Assembly (NCBI GenBank): GCA_024233455.1
Contig: JACKPP010000001.1
Location: 92,329-156,328 of the forward strand
Length of the DNA stretch: 64,000 nt
Direction: 5' to 3'
DNA from: Chlamydiales bacterium
GTDB lineage: Bacteria > Chlamydiota > Chlamydiia > Chlamydiales > JACKPQ01
Shown here: piece by piece, positions 31,332 through 40,650 of the stretch
Position numbering within the stretch: the first letter of the stretch is position 1
Layout of the letters: each line of letters starts with the position of its first letter
Translations under genes and position numbers: made by a program
Notes under the pieces: model-generated
The model's input: only the letters and a program-made list of their open reading frames with translations
Told to the model about the DNA's origin: nothing
The model's database searches: none

Positions 31332-32669
31332 TTAGCTTTCTACCTCAACTGAGGTATTTCCCTTCAGCTTACCCAAATAACCCGGCAATTCCACACCGGC
31401 CATTTCAGCAACGTCGTGCAATGCAGGAACCGATTTCACCATATTACTTAAGAAATTAGAGGTAGTTGTTCCCCGTTTGCCATCATCGCTTTGGCCACTA
31501 TCCCAAACCGTGATCTTATCAATTTTGATGTTGCGAATCGCTTCTGTTTGAAGACGCACAATCTCTTCTAATTTTTCAATGAGGAGCATCGTCGATGTAT
31601 CCTCACCGCAAGCCTGCATAAGTTCGCTAAAGCCTTTGGCTTTAGCATCGAGGACCTGCTTTAAGCCCTCAGCTTCGGCCTGCCGCATTGCTAAGAGAGC
31701 ATCTGCCTCTCCCTTGGCTTCAAGAATACGTTTTTGGGCCTGAGCGCTTGCTTCAATTTCTATTTTTTGCTTTGAAATTTCCTGCGGGACAATTTCAGAC
31801 GCTTGCAACCTGGATACTTCAGCCTCAGCTTTGGCCTTTTGAATCGATACTTCGGCAATTTGTTTAGCAACTTCTGACCGTCTTTGAGCTTCAGCTTCCT
31901 TTTCATTCAAAATCGCATTGGTAGCAGCCATTTCAGCCTTAGCCAAATTCTCACCTTCCACCGCTTTGGCGTGATGCATTGCCACTTGGATACGTCTTTC
32001 TCTGTCGGCAATGGCCTTACCAATCTCACCGCTTTTCTCTTGCTCGGCAACGTCGATCTTGGCTTGGTTCACCGCTGTTGCCGCCGCCTTTTTACCAATA
32101 CTATCGATATACTCAGACTCGTCGGTGATGTCGGTGATATTCACATTAATCAAAGTCAGACCGATCTTATGCAATTCCGGCTCGATATTGTTTTTGATCG
32201 CGTCTAAAAAGCGCTCCCGGTCTTGGTTAATCTCTTCGATCTTCAAAGAAGCCACCGTTAAACGCAGCTGACCGATGATGATCTCATTGGCCATGCTTTC
32301 AATTTCACTTACGCTCAATCCTAGCATACGAACCGCAGCATTATTCATCACCTCTGGGGTAATACCAACTGCCACTGTGAACGTACTGGGTACATTGATA
32401 CGGATATTTTGCTGGGAGAGTGCCCCTTTTAGGGGAATATGGATCGATCTGGGCGTTAAATCCAAATACGCGCTAGCCTGAATCAACGGCCATACGAACG
32501 TGCCCCCACCGTGATAGCATTGAACCGAGCGTTTTTGACCCACTCTTCCAAACACCACCAAAATTTGATTTGACGGACATCGGCGGTAAATCTTGGCCAA
32601 AAATAGAAATGTGGCAAAAATAAATGCCACGCAAGCAAACGCTGCTGTACTAAAAAATCCTTCAATCAT
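31332..32669 (-). CDS. flotillin-like SPFH/band-7 protein
   Basis: N-terminal TM, SPFH domain, long Ala/Glu-rich coiled coil (EAEAQRRSEVAKQIAE...KAEAEVSR), YqiK-like. Confidence 0.7.
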   Translation of the reverse strand: MIEGFFSTAAFACVAFIFATFLFLAKIYRRCPSNQILVVFGRVGQKRSVQCYHGGGTFVWPLIQASAYLDLTPRSIHIPLKGALSQQNIRINVPSTFTVAVGITPEVMNNAAVRMLGLSVSEIESMANEIIIGQLRLTVASLKIEEINQDRERFLDAIKNNIEPELHKIGLTLINVNITDITDESEYIDSIGKKAAATAVNQAKIDVAEQEKSGEIGKAIADRERRIQVAMHHAKAVEGENLAKAEMAATNAILNEKEAEAQRRSEVAKQIAEVSIQKAKAEAEVSRLQASEIVPQEISKQKIEIEASAQAQKRILEAKGEADALLAMRQAEAEGLKQVLDAKAKGFSELMQACGEDTSTMLLIEKLEEIVRLQTEAIRNIKIDKITVWDSGQSDDGKRGTTTSNFLSNMVKSVPALHDVAEMAGVELPGYLGKLKGNTSVEVES

Positions 32670-33205
32670 TTTCTCACCACCACTGTTTGTTCATCAAGCA
32701 CATCGACAATATCGACGCACTCAAATGAATGAATTTCACAATTTTCCTTTGATACTGCCAAAAGCTCGTACATCACCTCATTGACTGTGACTTGAACCTT
32801 CCCTGTGCCTGTGCCTGGGATCTTTTGATAAACTGTCGCCTGTTTACCAATCGCTTCCTTAATTTCAAAATCTCCCCCTTTAGAGACAGCACTGCCCGCC
32901 CAAATAAAAATCCACCTTGTCAAAAACAACATGCCACTACCAGCGCCTAGTGCAGCTAAACAACTCCACCCTGGCCCTAAATGCGCCTCTTTCTGACAGG
33001 CTAGTCCAATCCATCCAAATAGCATGGCAAAACCACTGAGCGAATGTACAGTCAACAGCTTAAAATCGCCATCATCCGAATCCTCATCGCCCAAGCCAAA
33101 TAGCATGCTCACAAGCCTGAGCACAAATAAGGCCGAGCCCCCAAGGGCCACTGCCCAATAAAGCTTATCCGTTAGCAAAATTTGCTCTAAAATGCTCATC
33201 CTCAT
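32666..33205 (-). CDS. NfeD-like membrane protein (flotillin partner)
   Basis: N-terminal TM helices plus C-terminal OB-fold beta domain; 4-nt overlap with the flotillin gene, the classic NfeD-SPFH pairing. Confidence 0.55.
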   Translation of the reverse strand: MRMSILEQILLTDKLYWAVALGGSALFVLRLVSMLFGLGDEDSDDGDFKLLTVHSLSGFAMLFGWIGLACQKEAHLGPGWSCLAALGAGSGMLFLTRWIFIWAGSAVSKGGDFEIKEAIGKQATVYQKIPGTGTGKVQVTVNEVMYELLAVSKENCEIHSFECVDIVDVLDEQTVVVRK

Positions 33206-33275
33206 GCAAGCAGTATAGCAACTAAGCGGTTGAATAACAACGATTCAATTTTTTTAAATTAAGTAGTTGAGATGA

Positions 33276-34583
33276 CTAAATCAGCAGTATAGCTGGATTT
33301 TCAAGGTAGTTTTGCACCGATTTGATGAATTTAGCCCCGTCAACGCCGTCCACAACACGATGGTCGCAAGACAGAATCAACTCCATGGTTTTTCCAGGAA
33401 CCACACGGTACTCTTCAGCGCTATCTACATACTCCACTACAGGCTTATCTACAATACCACCCACTGCCAGGATAGCGGCTTGAGGAGGATTGATCACGGC
33501 AGTAAAATTGCTGATGCCAAACATGCCAAGGTTAGAAACGGTAAAAGAGCCGCCGCGGTATTGTTCAGGCTGCAATTTACCTTCTTTTGCCAGGCCAGCA
33601 AGCGAGCGCACTTGGGCCGAAATTTGACCCAGATTTTTGTAGTCAGCGTGGTGGATGATAGGAGTGATAAGTCCTTCGGCAATGGTGACTGCCACAGAAA
33701 TATCAATGGTCTCAAAACGTATGATCGATTGATTAGTAGAGTTAAAGCCTGAGTTCACCACAGGATGATCACGAAGGGAAAGGGCGCAAGCGCGAATCAC
33801 AAAGTCGTTGAAAGTAACTTTCAAATCCATTTTTTTAAGTTGGTCGCGCACTTGCACCATAGGCATAGCATTGACTTCCTGAGTAACGTAAAAGTGGGGA
33901 ATAAATGTTTTGGAAGCTTGCAGACGTTGGCCAATGGCTTTACGCATCGGGGTCAGTTTTTCTTCATGAAATGTACCAGGAACAATTTGAGGGGCTTTTT
34001 GCGAGCCAAACGAAACCGAAGAGCCTTTTTGCGCCAAGGCCAGATCTTGTTTCATCACCCGGCCTCCAGGACCTGTGCCCTTGACCCCAGAAAGATCCAA
34101 ACCTTGCTCTTTGGCAATTTTTTTAGCCAAAGGAGTAGCAAAAGCCTTTTCTTGAGGTGAGGTGGCAAATTCGTAGGTGTAGTTAGCAAGAGGCGGCTCT
34201 GGAGCAAAACCGGGTTCAGCTAGGGCTCCGCCTGCAGGTTTTGGTGCAGGCTTAGGCGCTTCCTTGGCAACGTCTAGCTCTGCTGGCTCTTGCACAGCTT
34301 CTGCAGCTGGGCCTTCCGGCTCATAACCTTCAATGCTTTCACCCTCAGTTTCAGTAAAAATGGCAACAGCTTGATTCACTTTGGCCTCAGACCCTTCCGG
34401 AGCTAGAATTTTGCGAATAAAGCCATCGTCTAAGGCGTTGTGTTCAACCGTCGCTTTGTCAGTTGCCACTTCAAAGAGAACATCACCTGCTTTAACCGCA
34501 TCGCCTTCTTTTTTATGCCACTTAACGATGGTGCCCTCTTCCATAGTGGGGGTGAGTTTGGGCATAGTAAGTGTTGTGGGCAT
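33276..34583 (-). CDS. pdhC: pyruvate dehydrogenase E2 (dihydrolipoamide acetyltransferase)
   Basis: lipoyl domain (EVATDKATVE), Ala/Pro linker, catalytic domain with DHRVVDG. Confidence 0.8.
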   Translation of the reverse strand: MPTTLTMPKLTPTMEEGTIVKWHKKEGDAVKAGDVLFEVATDKATVEHNALDDGFIRKILAPEGSEAKVNQAVAIFTETEGESIEGYEPEGPAAEAVQEPAELDVAKEAPKPAPKPAGGALAEPGFAPEPPLANYTYEFATSPQEKAFATPLAKKIAKEQGLDLSGVKGTGPGGRVMKQDLALAQKGSSVSFGSQKAPQIVPGTFHEEKLTPMRKAIGQRLQASKTFIPHFYVTQEVNAMPMVQVRDQLKKMDLKVTFNDFVIRACALSLRDHPVVNSGFNSTNQSIIRFETIDISVAVTIAEGLITPIIHHADYKNLGQISAQVRSLAGLAKEGKLQPEQYRGGSFTVSNLGMFGISNFTAVINPPQAAILAVGGIVDKPVVEYVDSAEEYRVVPGKTMELILSCDHRVVDGVDGAKFIKSVQNYLENPAILLI

Positions 34584-34585
34584 GG

Positions 34586-35569
34586 CTATTTGACTCCTTC
34601 TAATACGTCTTCTAGCGCGGCAATAATCCGCTTGGTGTTAGGTATCGATTCGACTTCCATATTTTTAGCGTAAGGCAAAGGTGTTTCACGTTGACAGACG
34701 CGCACTAAAGGGGCATCGAGAAAGTCAAAACAGTGTTCATTGATAGTAAATCCTATTTCTGCGGCAATGCCAGCGAAAATGTGACCTTCTTCGACAATAA
34801 CGGCACGGCTAGTTTTTTTGACCGACGCTGCAATCGTGGGAATATCTAAGGGCTTAACAGTCCGCAAATCAACTACTTCTACTTGCACCCCGCGTTTGGC
34901 CATTTCTTCTGCTGCTTGCAGACAAAATCCAAGCATACGGCTATAAGAAATAAGCGTAACATGAGTACCTTCACGCACAATCTTAGCCTCGCCAATGGGT
35001 ACCAAGTACTCGTGTTCTGGAACCTCTCCTTTCATGCCGTAATCTAATTCGTTTTCCAGAAATAGTACGGGATTATTATTACGGATAGCAGACTTTAAAA
35101 GCCCTTTGGCATCATAGGGGTTTGATGGGGCCACCACGATAAATCCAGGAAGGTTACCGTACAGGGCCTCCACGCAATGGCTGTGCTGACAAGAGACTTG
35201 AGCTGCGGCGCCATTAGGCCCGCGAAAAACGATAGGAACTTTAAAACGCCCTCCAGACATGTAGTAGATTTTGCAGGCATTGGATACCAGCTGATCGAAC
35301 GCGACAAAGGAAAAGTTAAAGCTCATAAATTCTACAATAGGACGCAGGCCCGTCATGGCCGCTCCGATCGAGAGCCCCGCAAAGCCGTTTTCCGCAATAG
35401 GTGTATCTATGATGCGTTTGGGTCCCCATTTGTCGAGCATCCCTTTAGTAACTTTGTAGGCGCCGTTGTATTCAGCTACTTCCTCACCCATAACGTAGAC
35501 GGACTCATCGCGGGTCATCTCCTCATCGATGGCCTGTCTGATCGCCTCGCGCATTTCAATGATCGGCAT
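34586..35569 (-). CDS. pdhB: pyruvate dehydrogenase E1 beta subunit
   Basis: transketolase-like pyrimidine-binding and C-terminal domains; start trimmed to MPIIEMREAIRQ, which still overlaps the pdhA stop by about 14 nt. Confidence 0.8.
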   Translation of the reverse strand: MPIIEMREAIRQAIDEEMTRDESVYVMGEEVAEYNGAYKVTKGMLDKWGPKRIIDTPIAENGFAGLSIGAAMTGLRPIVEFMSFNFSFVAFDQLVSNACKIYYMSGGRFKVPIVFRGPNGAAAQVSCQHSHCVEALYGNLPGFIVVAPSNPYDAKGLLKSAIRNNNPVLFLENELDYGMKGEVPEHEYLVPIGEAKIVREGTHVTLISYSRMLGFCLQAAEEMAKRGVQVEVVDLRTVKPLDIPTIAASVKKTSRAVIVEEGHIFAGIAAEIGFTINEHCFDFLDAPLVRVCQRETPLPYAKNMEVESIPNTKRIIAALEDVLEGVK

Positions 35570-36566
35570 AAACGCCCTCCTCAAGAGTAATTGGGTCGGG
35601 CCAGGGGCTATCGTGAGCAAATTTCATAGCATCGATTACAATCTGTTTGATTTCTTTTTGCATGTTTTCAAAAGTTGCCTCATCAATGATTTTTGCATCT
35701 AGAAGCGCATGATAAAAACGGGGAATCGGGTCGCGCTCCATGGCTTTTTTAAGATCTTCTTTGCTGCGGTAAAGACCAGGATCTGAAATAGAATGTCCGC
35801 GGAAGCGCTCAGTGATTGCCTCAACGATGATTGGCCGGCTGTTTTGTTTGATTTTTTCGCCCATTTCTTTAAAGGCTTGATAGCAATTAAAGAAATCCAT
35901 TCCATCTAGAGTGTAGCTTTCAATTCCATAAGATTTGGCCAAGTTTTCAGCAATAGGCTGCATGGCAACGGCACGGCTCACCGCAGTTCCCATCCCCCAT
36001 TGGTTATTTTCAATTACAAAAATAACGGGAAGATCCCACAGAGCTGCCAGATTAAGGGATTCGTGAACAGCACCTTGTACAGTAGCACCATCACCAAGGA
36101 AACAGAGAGAAACTGCATTTTTTTTGTCTTGGTATTTAAGCGAGAAGGCCGCCCCCGTGGCAATGGGAAGGTGACCCCCTACGATGCCAAAGCCACCAAG
36201 GAGTCGATCAGCATAAAGATGCATTGAACCGCCACGCCCTTGAGCATTTCCAGTGGCTCTTCCATAGAGTTCAGCCATCACTTCATTTGGCGTAGCCCCT
36301 AGCAGCAAAGCCAGCGCATGACACCGGTAGGTAGTGGTGAACCAATTCTCTCTACCTAGTGCGTGCACACATCCGGTCTGAATGGCTTCTTGGCCCATGT
36401 ATGCATGAAAAAAACCACCAATTAGGCCTTGCTGATAGGCCGATTCAGCCCGCAGCTCAAATTGCCGAATGAGCAGCATCTCACGCAATGCCAGAAGAAG
36501 TGATTCTCCAGACAGCGAGGCCAGTATTTTTTTTGAGTCTGCTTTAAAAAAATTGTATTCAGTCAT
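35556..36566 (-). CDS. pdhA: pyruvate dehydrogenase E1 alpha subunit
   Basis: TPP-binding motif GDGA...NN (FLGDGATVQGAVHESLNLAALWDLPVIFVIENNQWGMGT). Confidence 0.8.
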   Translation of the reverse strand: MTEYNFFKADSKKILASLSGESLLLALREMLLIRQFELRAESAYQQGLIGGFFHAYMGQEAIQTGCVHALGRENWFTTTYRCHALALLLGATPNEVMAELYGRATGNAQGRGGSMHLYADRLLGGFGIVGGHLPIATGAAFSLKYQDKKNAVSLCFLGDGATVQGAVHESLNLAALWDLPVIFVIENNQWGMGTAVSRAVAMQPIAENLAKSYGIESYTLDGMDFFNCYQAFKEMGEKIKQNSRPIIVEAITERFRGHSISDPGLYRSKEDLKKAMERDPIPRFYHALLDAKIIDEATFENMQKEIKQIVIDAMKFAHDSPWPDPITLEEGVYADH

Positions 36567-37107
36567 TTCCCTTTATTGTAGGGGTCTTCTCCTTTTTCGT
36601 CACCACCTCTGTGCGATTGCTCTTAAGGGTATTAAATTCGTTATCAAATTTTTGATAGCCTGCCTCATCACCAGTAATCAATACAGCGTTTTCAGAGTTG
36701 CTGTTTTCAGCTTTGTAAGTAAAATTGTAAGAGCCCGTCCAAACACCTTTCATTTCTTCAAAAAGACAGAATTTATGATGTAAAATAGAGGTCCAGCAGT
36801 TTTTCCCTTCAGGGATGTAGACGTAGACGGGCACATCTGCATCTAAAAGCGTGCTTACGGCACCTCCCAATTTGACCGAAAAAGGATCGACCAGCACTTC
36901 AACTGCCACACCACGGTTTTTGGCATCCACTAAAGCTTTGGCAATACGCTTATTGGTAAACGTATAAATGGCAACTTTGATTCCTTTTTTCTCGTTTTGA
37001 ATTGCATCAACAAGCGCTTTTTCCACATTTTCACTTGGTGACATATACGTTTGAACTTCGGCTGCACTTAAAAATGCGGAAATAATGAGCAAGGCGATTA
37101 ACTTCAT
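36559..37107 (-). CDS. secreted phospholipase D-family (Nuc-like) protein
   Basis: signal peptide; single HKD motif (ILHHKFCLFEE) and the GSYNFT block of the Nuc/PLD family; 182 aa. Confidence 0.6.
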   Translation of the reverse strand: MKLIALLIISAFLSAAEVQTYMSPSENVEKALVDAIQNEKKGIKVAIYTFTNKRIAKALVDAKNRGVAVEVLVDPFSVKLGGAVSTLLDADVPVYVYIPEGKNCWTSILHHKFCLFEEMKGVWTGSYNFTYKAENSNSENAVLITGDEAGYQKFDNEFNTLKSNRTEVVTKKEKTPTIKGND

Positions 37108-37158
37108 CTGGTTTCTCCTCTTGCAAGCAATTGATCGTGCTCGCTATATTAGTTTTAC

Positions 37159-37848
37159 ATGAAGCGCCCTATTTTTTACGACACAGAAACGACTGGCATA
37201 CGCCCTGAGCGCGATCACATCATTGAGATCGCAGCCTACGACCCGGTGCAAGATCGCACTTTTGAGGCGCTTATCAACCCCGGCTGTCCTATCCCCCCCG
37301 AAGCAACTGCTATTCATAAAATTACCGATGAAATGGTTGCAGACAAGCCCTCATTCAAAGAGATCGGAGCGCAATTTGCCGCTTTTTGCGAAGGCAATAC
37401 TGTACTCATTGCCCACAATAACGACAGTTTTGATTTACCGTTTTTAAAAAGTTCCTTCAAAAGACATGAGCTTCACTTTCCGACTTGGGAGTTTTTAGAT
37501 TCACTGCGCTGGGCAAGAAGATACCGGCCTGATATGCCCCGTCATACATTGCAACACTTGCGTGAGGCATACGGAATCCCCCCTAATAACGCGCATAGAG
37601 CTCTTGATGATGTGATTGTTTTGCACCAAGTTTTTGCTAAAATGACCGATGATCTTTCTATTGAAATGTGCCTACAACTTCTGTCGAGTCCCAAGTTACT
37701 CCGCACAATGCCCTTTGGCAAACATCAAGGCAAGCCGTTGACCGATGTCCCAAAAGACTACTTTGCCTGGCTTAAAGAACAAGGCGCCTTGGATAAGCCC
37801 GGGAATGAAGAACTCAAAATGTCTTTAGAAAAATTAGCTTTAATCTAA
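37159..37848 (+). CDS. DnaQ-like 3'-5' exonuclease with C-terminal DUF3820-like domain
   Basis: Exo I motif FYDTETTG, Exo II AHNNDSFD, Exo III HRALDD; C-terminal ...MPFGKHQGKPLTDVPKDYFAWL. Confidence 0.7.
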   Translation: MKRPIFYDTETTGIRPERDHIIEIAAYDPVQDRTFEALINPGCPIPPEATAIHKITDEMVADKPSFKEIGAQFAAFCEGNTVLIAHNNDSFDLPFLKSSFKRHELHFPTWEFLDSLRWARRYRPDMPRHTLQHLREAYGIPPNNAHRALDDVIVLHQVFAKMTDDLSIEMCLQLLSSPKLLRTMPFGKHQGKPLTDVPKDYFAWLKEQGALDKPGNEELKMSLEKLALI

Positions 37849-37921
37849 GCACTGATCCTGAAAAAGTCAATTCTCATTCTAGATGGCTTCTTATGAGGAC
37901 GCAAATTTCAAGCAAATAGAG

Positions 37922-38362
37922 TTAGATTTTTTTTAATTGACCCAAGTCATTGATCGTAAAAACCTTTCTATTAGTATCTTTCGTATCGGCTTTATAGCGT
38001 TTATTTTGCCCCCCTCCAGAGAAAGGGCTTTCTTCACCGCCTAGACATTGAGCAAAACTGGCCCAATTTTTATCCGTAAAATCTTTTAACCTGGGGTCTG
38101 TGTCATTAGGGGTAATACTGTGCTCCAATTTAACTGGGGGTAAAAAAATACGTCGACCATTATTCAAATGGACGATGCGGATAGGACCATTATTTTTTTC
38201 AATAATAGCAGCAATAGATCTCATGTGCCTTGAGTTCTCTTTCCCTTCAGGATAGATAGGTCTTGGCTCATCTATTTCCATAGGGGTGGGTGCAGGCATT
38301 TGATAAAGATCGACTCGCCTCTGTATTTTATTTCCATACGTGGACGTTACATTTAATGACAT
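37922..38362 (-). CDS. hypothetical protein (about 147 aa) in an AT-rich segment
   Basis: ORF with GAGGT RBS before ATG at 38362 (MSLNVTSTYG...); the ORF-track extension to 38446 translates an extremely AT-rich tract and is unlikely to be real. Confidence 0.3.
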   Translation of the reverse strand: MSLNVTSTYGNKIQRRVDLYQMPAPTPMEIDEPRPIYPEGKENSRHMRSIAAIIEKNNGPIRIVHLNNGRRIFLPPVKLEHSITPNDTDPRLKDFTDKNWASFAQCLGGEESPFSGGGQNKRYKADTKDTNRKVFTINDLGQLKKI

Positions 38363-38715
38363 AATTACCTCAAGTTCAATATTAATATATAACATATAAT
38401 AAAGAAAACTAATAATTAAATCAATTAAAATAAAAAATACACACATTAATATTAAAATAAAAATATATTGATTTTGTTAATTTTTAACTCTCAATGGGAT
38501 TGCTATTTCCAATAAATTTTTTATTGTCAAAAATAATATCCCTTTGAACTGCTATATCAAGGTCCTAAGCTTACAGGTAATTTGTTTTTGTCATGGAGTA
38601 AGGGTGATTATACAGTTGCATACCGATATAACCCCTCTCATCTGTAGTGAGTCGTTTTGAAGGAGCGATAATAAATTCGCATCATTTGTTATCGTCCTAG
38701 CAAATTTATGTAGGG

Positions 38716-40641
38716 TTAAACAGAGAGTGTTTCGGAAGAGCGAAAGTGCGTTTCCCACATAGCCTTAAATGGCAGGCAGGTCTCTAGTAACTCTTCCTTA
38801 GTTCCTTCGGCAAGCTTGCGCCCATTTTCTAAGTAGATAATGCGGTCAGCATGCTCAATGGTTGTAAGACGGTGCGCAATGAGAATTTGAGTGACTTCTC
38901 CGTGCAGCTCCTGGATAGCCTCTTTGATGCGCAATTCAGAGATTGCATCTAGGGCTGAGGTTGCCTCATCAAGAATGAGAATAGGTGCTTTTTTTACCAG
39001 AGCCCTTGCAATAGCAAGGCGTTGCTGTTGTCCACCAGAGAAATTTTTGCCGGTTTCAGCAAGCATGGTGTCGTATTTTTTAGGCAACTGTTCGATAAAT
39101 TCTTCAGCGTGCGCCTTTTGTGCTGCAAGAACGATGTCTTCTTTGGAAAAGTTGCGACCAAAGGCGATGTTTGCCGCAATGGTATCGTAGAAAAGAAATG
39201 GATTTTGAGAAACAAAGGCAATTTGATCGCGCAATGAGCGCTGTGTGTAAGCTGCAAGAGGCTTGCCATCAATGCGAATTTCCCCTTGCTGCACATCATA
39301 AAGGCGCGGAAGAAGTTGCACAATAGTGGACTTGCCTGCACCTGTGGCTCCAACGATAGCAACGGTTTCCCCGTGTTTAACAGTAAAGGAGACATCTTTT
39401 AAAACCCATTGTTCTTCATAGCGAAAGGAGACATTGTCAAACTCGATAGCATTTTTGAATGCTTTGAGCTTAATAGCGTTTGGTCTATCTTCAAGATGTG
39501 ATTTAATGTTAAGCACTTGGTAGAGGCGCTCTGCAGACACAATCCCCTTTTGGATGCTGGTGTTGTTTTCGGCAAATTTTTTGATAGGTTCGTAGATAAG
39601 GTAAAGAAAGCCACAGAAAGTAAAAAGCTCAGATATGCTCAAATGCAGAATATAGAGCCCAACTAATACCACGCTTGCCAAGCACATAGTCGTAATGGTG
39701 TGCAGTATCGGCCTGGTAAGAAGATCGTATTTAGCAGTTTTAGTCTCTAGGTGTGCCATATAGTCATTTTGCTCTTTGTATTTTTCGAGCGAAAATTCTT
39801 CCATACCGAAGATTTTAACAGTCTGAATACCGGCTAAAAAGTCAATCAGCACAGATGTAAAACGTTCTTGGTTGCGTTGTAATTGACGTGTGATACCCTT
39901 TACTTTTCGAGCTAGCAGAATAATGGGAAGAAGAATTAGCGGCGCGCCAATAAAAACCACCAGTGAAAGTTGCCAAGAGAGGTAGAAACAAACGCTGAAG
40001 GTAGAAATTAGGGTAAAGGGCATGTGAAGGTAATTGGTGACCCAAGAGTTGACCGACGTGGCAATTTGGCTGGCGTCTGTGGCCACTCTAGAGGCTAGTG
40101 TCCCAATATCGTATTCGTGATAAAAACTCATGGGTAGGTATTGGATGTACTCAAAGTAGTGCTGGCGCAAGTCTCGGCTGATGCGAATAGAGAAGACTTG
40201 TGTAGCGTAGCGGCTGGCAAATAGGGTCACTGCTTTGAAAACGGCCACAACCATCATAAGAGCTAGGAGAAGCTCAAGCCCCCCCTTCTCCATTTGGAAA
40301 TAAGCTTGCAGCTTAGCCATCACCCAATTAAGTGGATTTCCTTTGGTTTGACGACTCATGTAAAGAGCGGCATCAGTTTTAGTGATCGCCCCCTTGTTTT
40401 GGAGATCGATTTCGCTCCAACGCGTTTCCATCTCCTGCTTGGTCACTTGCTGTACGCGTTCGTATTGATTTTTTTTGGTGCCAAAAAGGTTAAAAAAATC
40501 TGCGCCCCGATCAGTGAGCACTCCCAGGGAAAACATTTCCAGAGAGCTGGCCACAGTGAGTAAAATCAATGTGCCAAAAGTGATAAACAGCAAATAGACG
40601 TGCTTGCGGCTTTTTAAGGCCGCTTTCAAAAGTAGCTTCAT
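38716..40641 (-). CDS. ABC transporter permease/ATP-binding protein (MsbA-like exporter)
   Basis: 6-TM N-domain plus NBD: Walker A GATGAGKST, signature FSGGQQQRLAIARAL, Walker B ILILDEATSALD. Confidence 0.8.
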   Translation of the reverse strand: MKLLLKAALKSRKHVYLLFITFGTLILLTVASSLEMFSLGVLTDRGADFFNLFGTKKNQYERVQQVTKQEMETRWSEIDLQNKGAITKTDAALYMSRQTKGNPLNWVMAKLQAYFQMEKGGLELLLALMMVVAVFKAVTLFASRYATQVFSIRISRDLRQHYFEYIQYLPMSFYHEYDIGTLASRVATDASQIATSVNSWVTNYLHMPFTLISTFSVCFYLSWQLSLVVFIGAPLILLPIILLARKVKGITRQLQRNQERFTSVLIDFLAGIQTVKIFGMEEFSLEKYKEQNDYMAHLETKTAKYDLLTRPILHTITTMCLASVVLVGLYILHLSISELFTFCGFLYLIYEPIKKFAENNTSIQKGIVSAERLYQVLNIKSHLEDRPNAIKLKAFKNAIEFDNVSFRYEEQWVLKDVSFTVKHGETVAIVGATGAGKSTIVQLLPRLYDVQQGEIRIDGKPLAAYTQRSLRDQIAFVSQNPFLFYDTIAANIAFGRNFSKEDIVLAAQKAHAEEFIEQLPKKYDTMLAETGKNFSGGQQQRLAIARALVKKAPILILDEATSALDAISELRIKEAIQELHGEVTQILIAHRLTTIEHADRIIYLENGRKLAEGTKEELLETCLPFKAMWETHFRSSETLSV

Positions 40642-40650
40642 ATCGTCGGA

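Noticed and set aside
35556-35620. 65-nt overlap of pdhA and pdhB ORFs suggesting a frameshift or fusion
   Set aside because: This is explained by an over-extended pdhB start in the ORF track. Internal Met codons (MPIIEM / MREAIRQ) give a conventional small overlap, and both proteins are full length.
38363-38446. N-terminal extension MCVFFILIDLIISFLYYMLYINIELEVI of ORF 37922-38446
   Set aside because: It is a translation of a ~15% GC tract. The internal ATG at 38362 has a GAGGT RBS.
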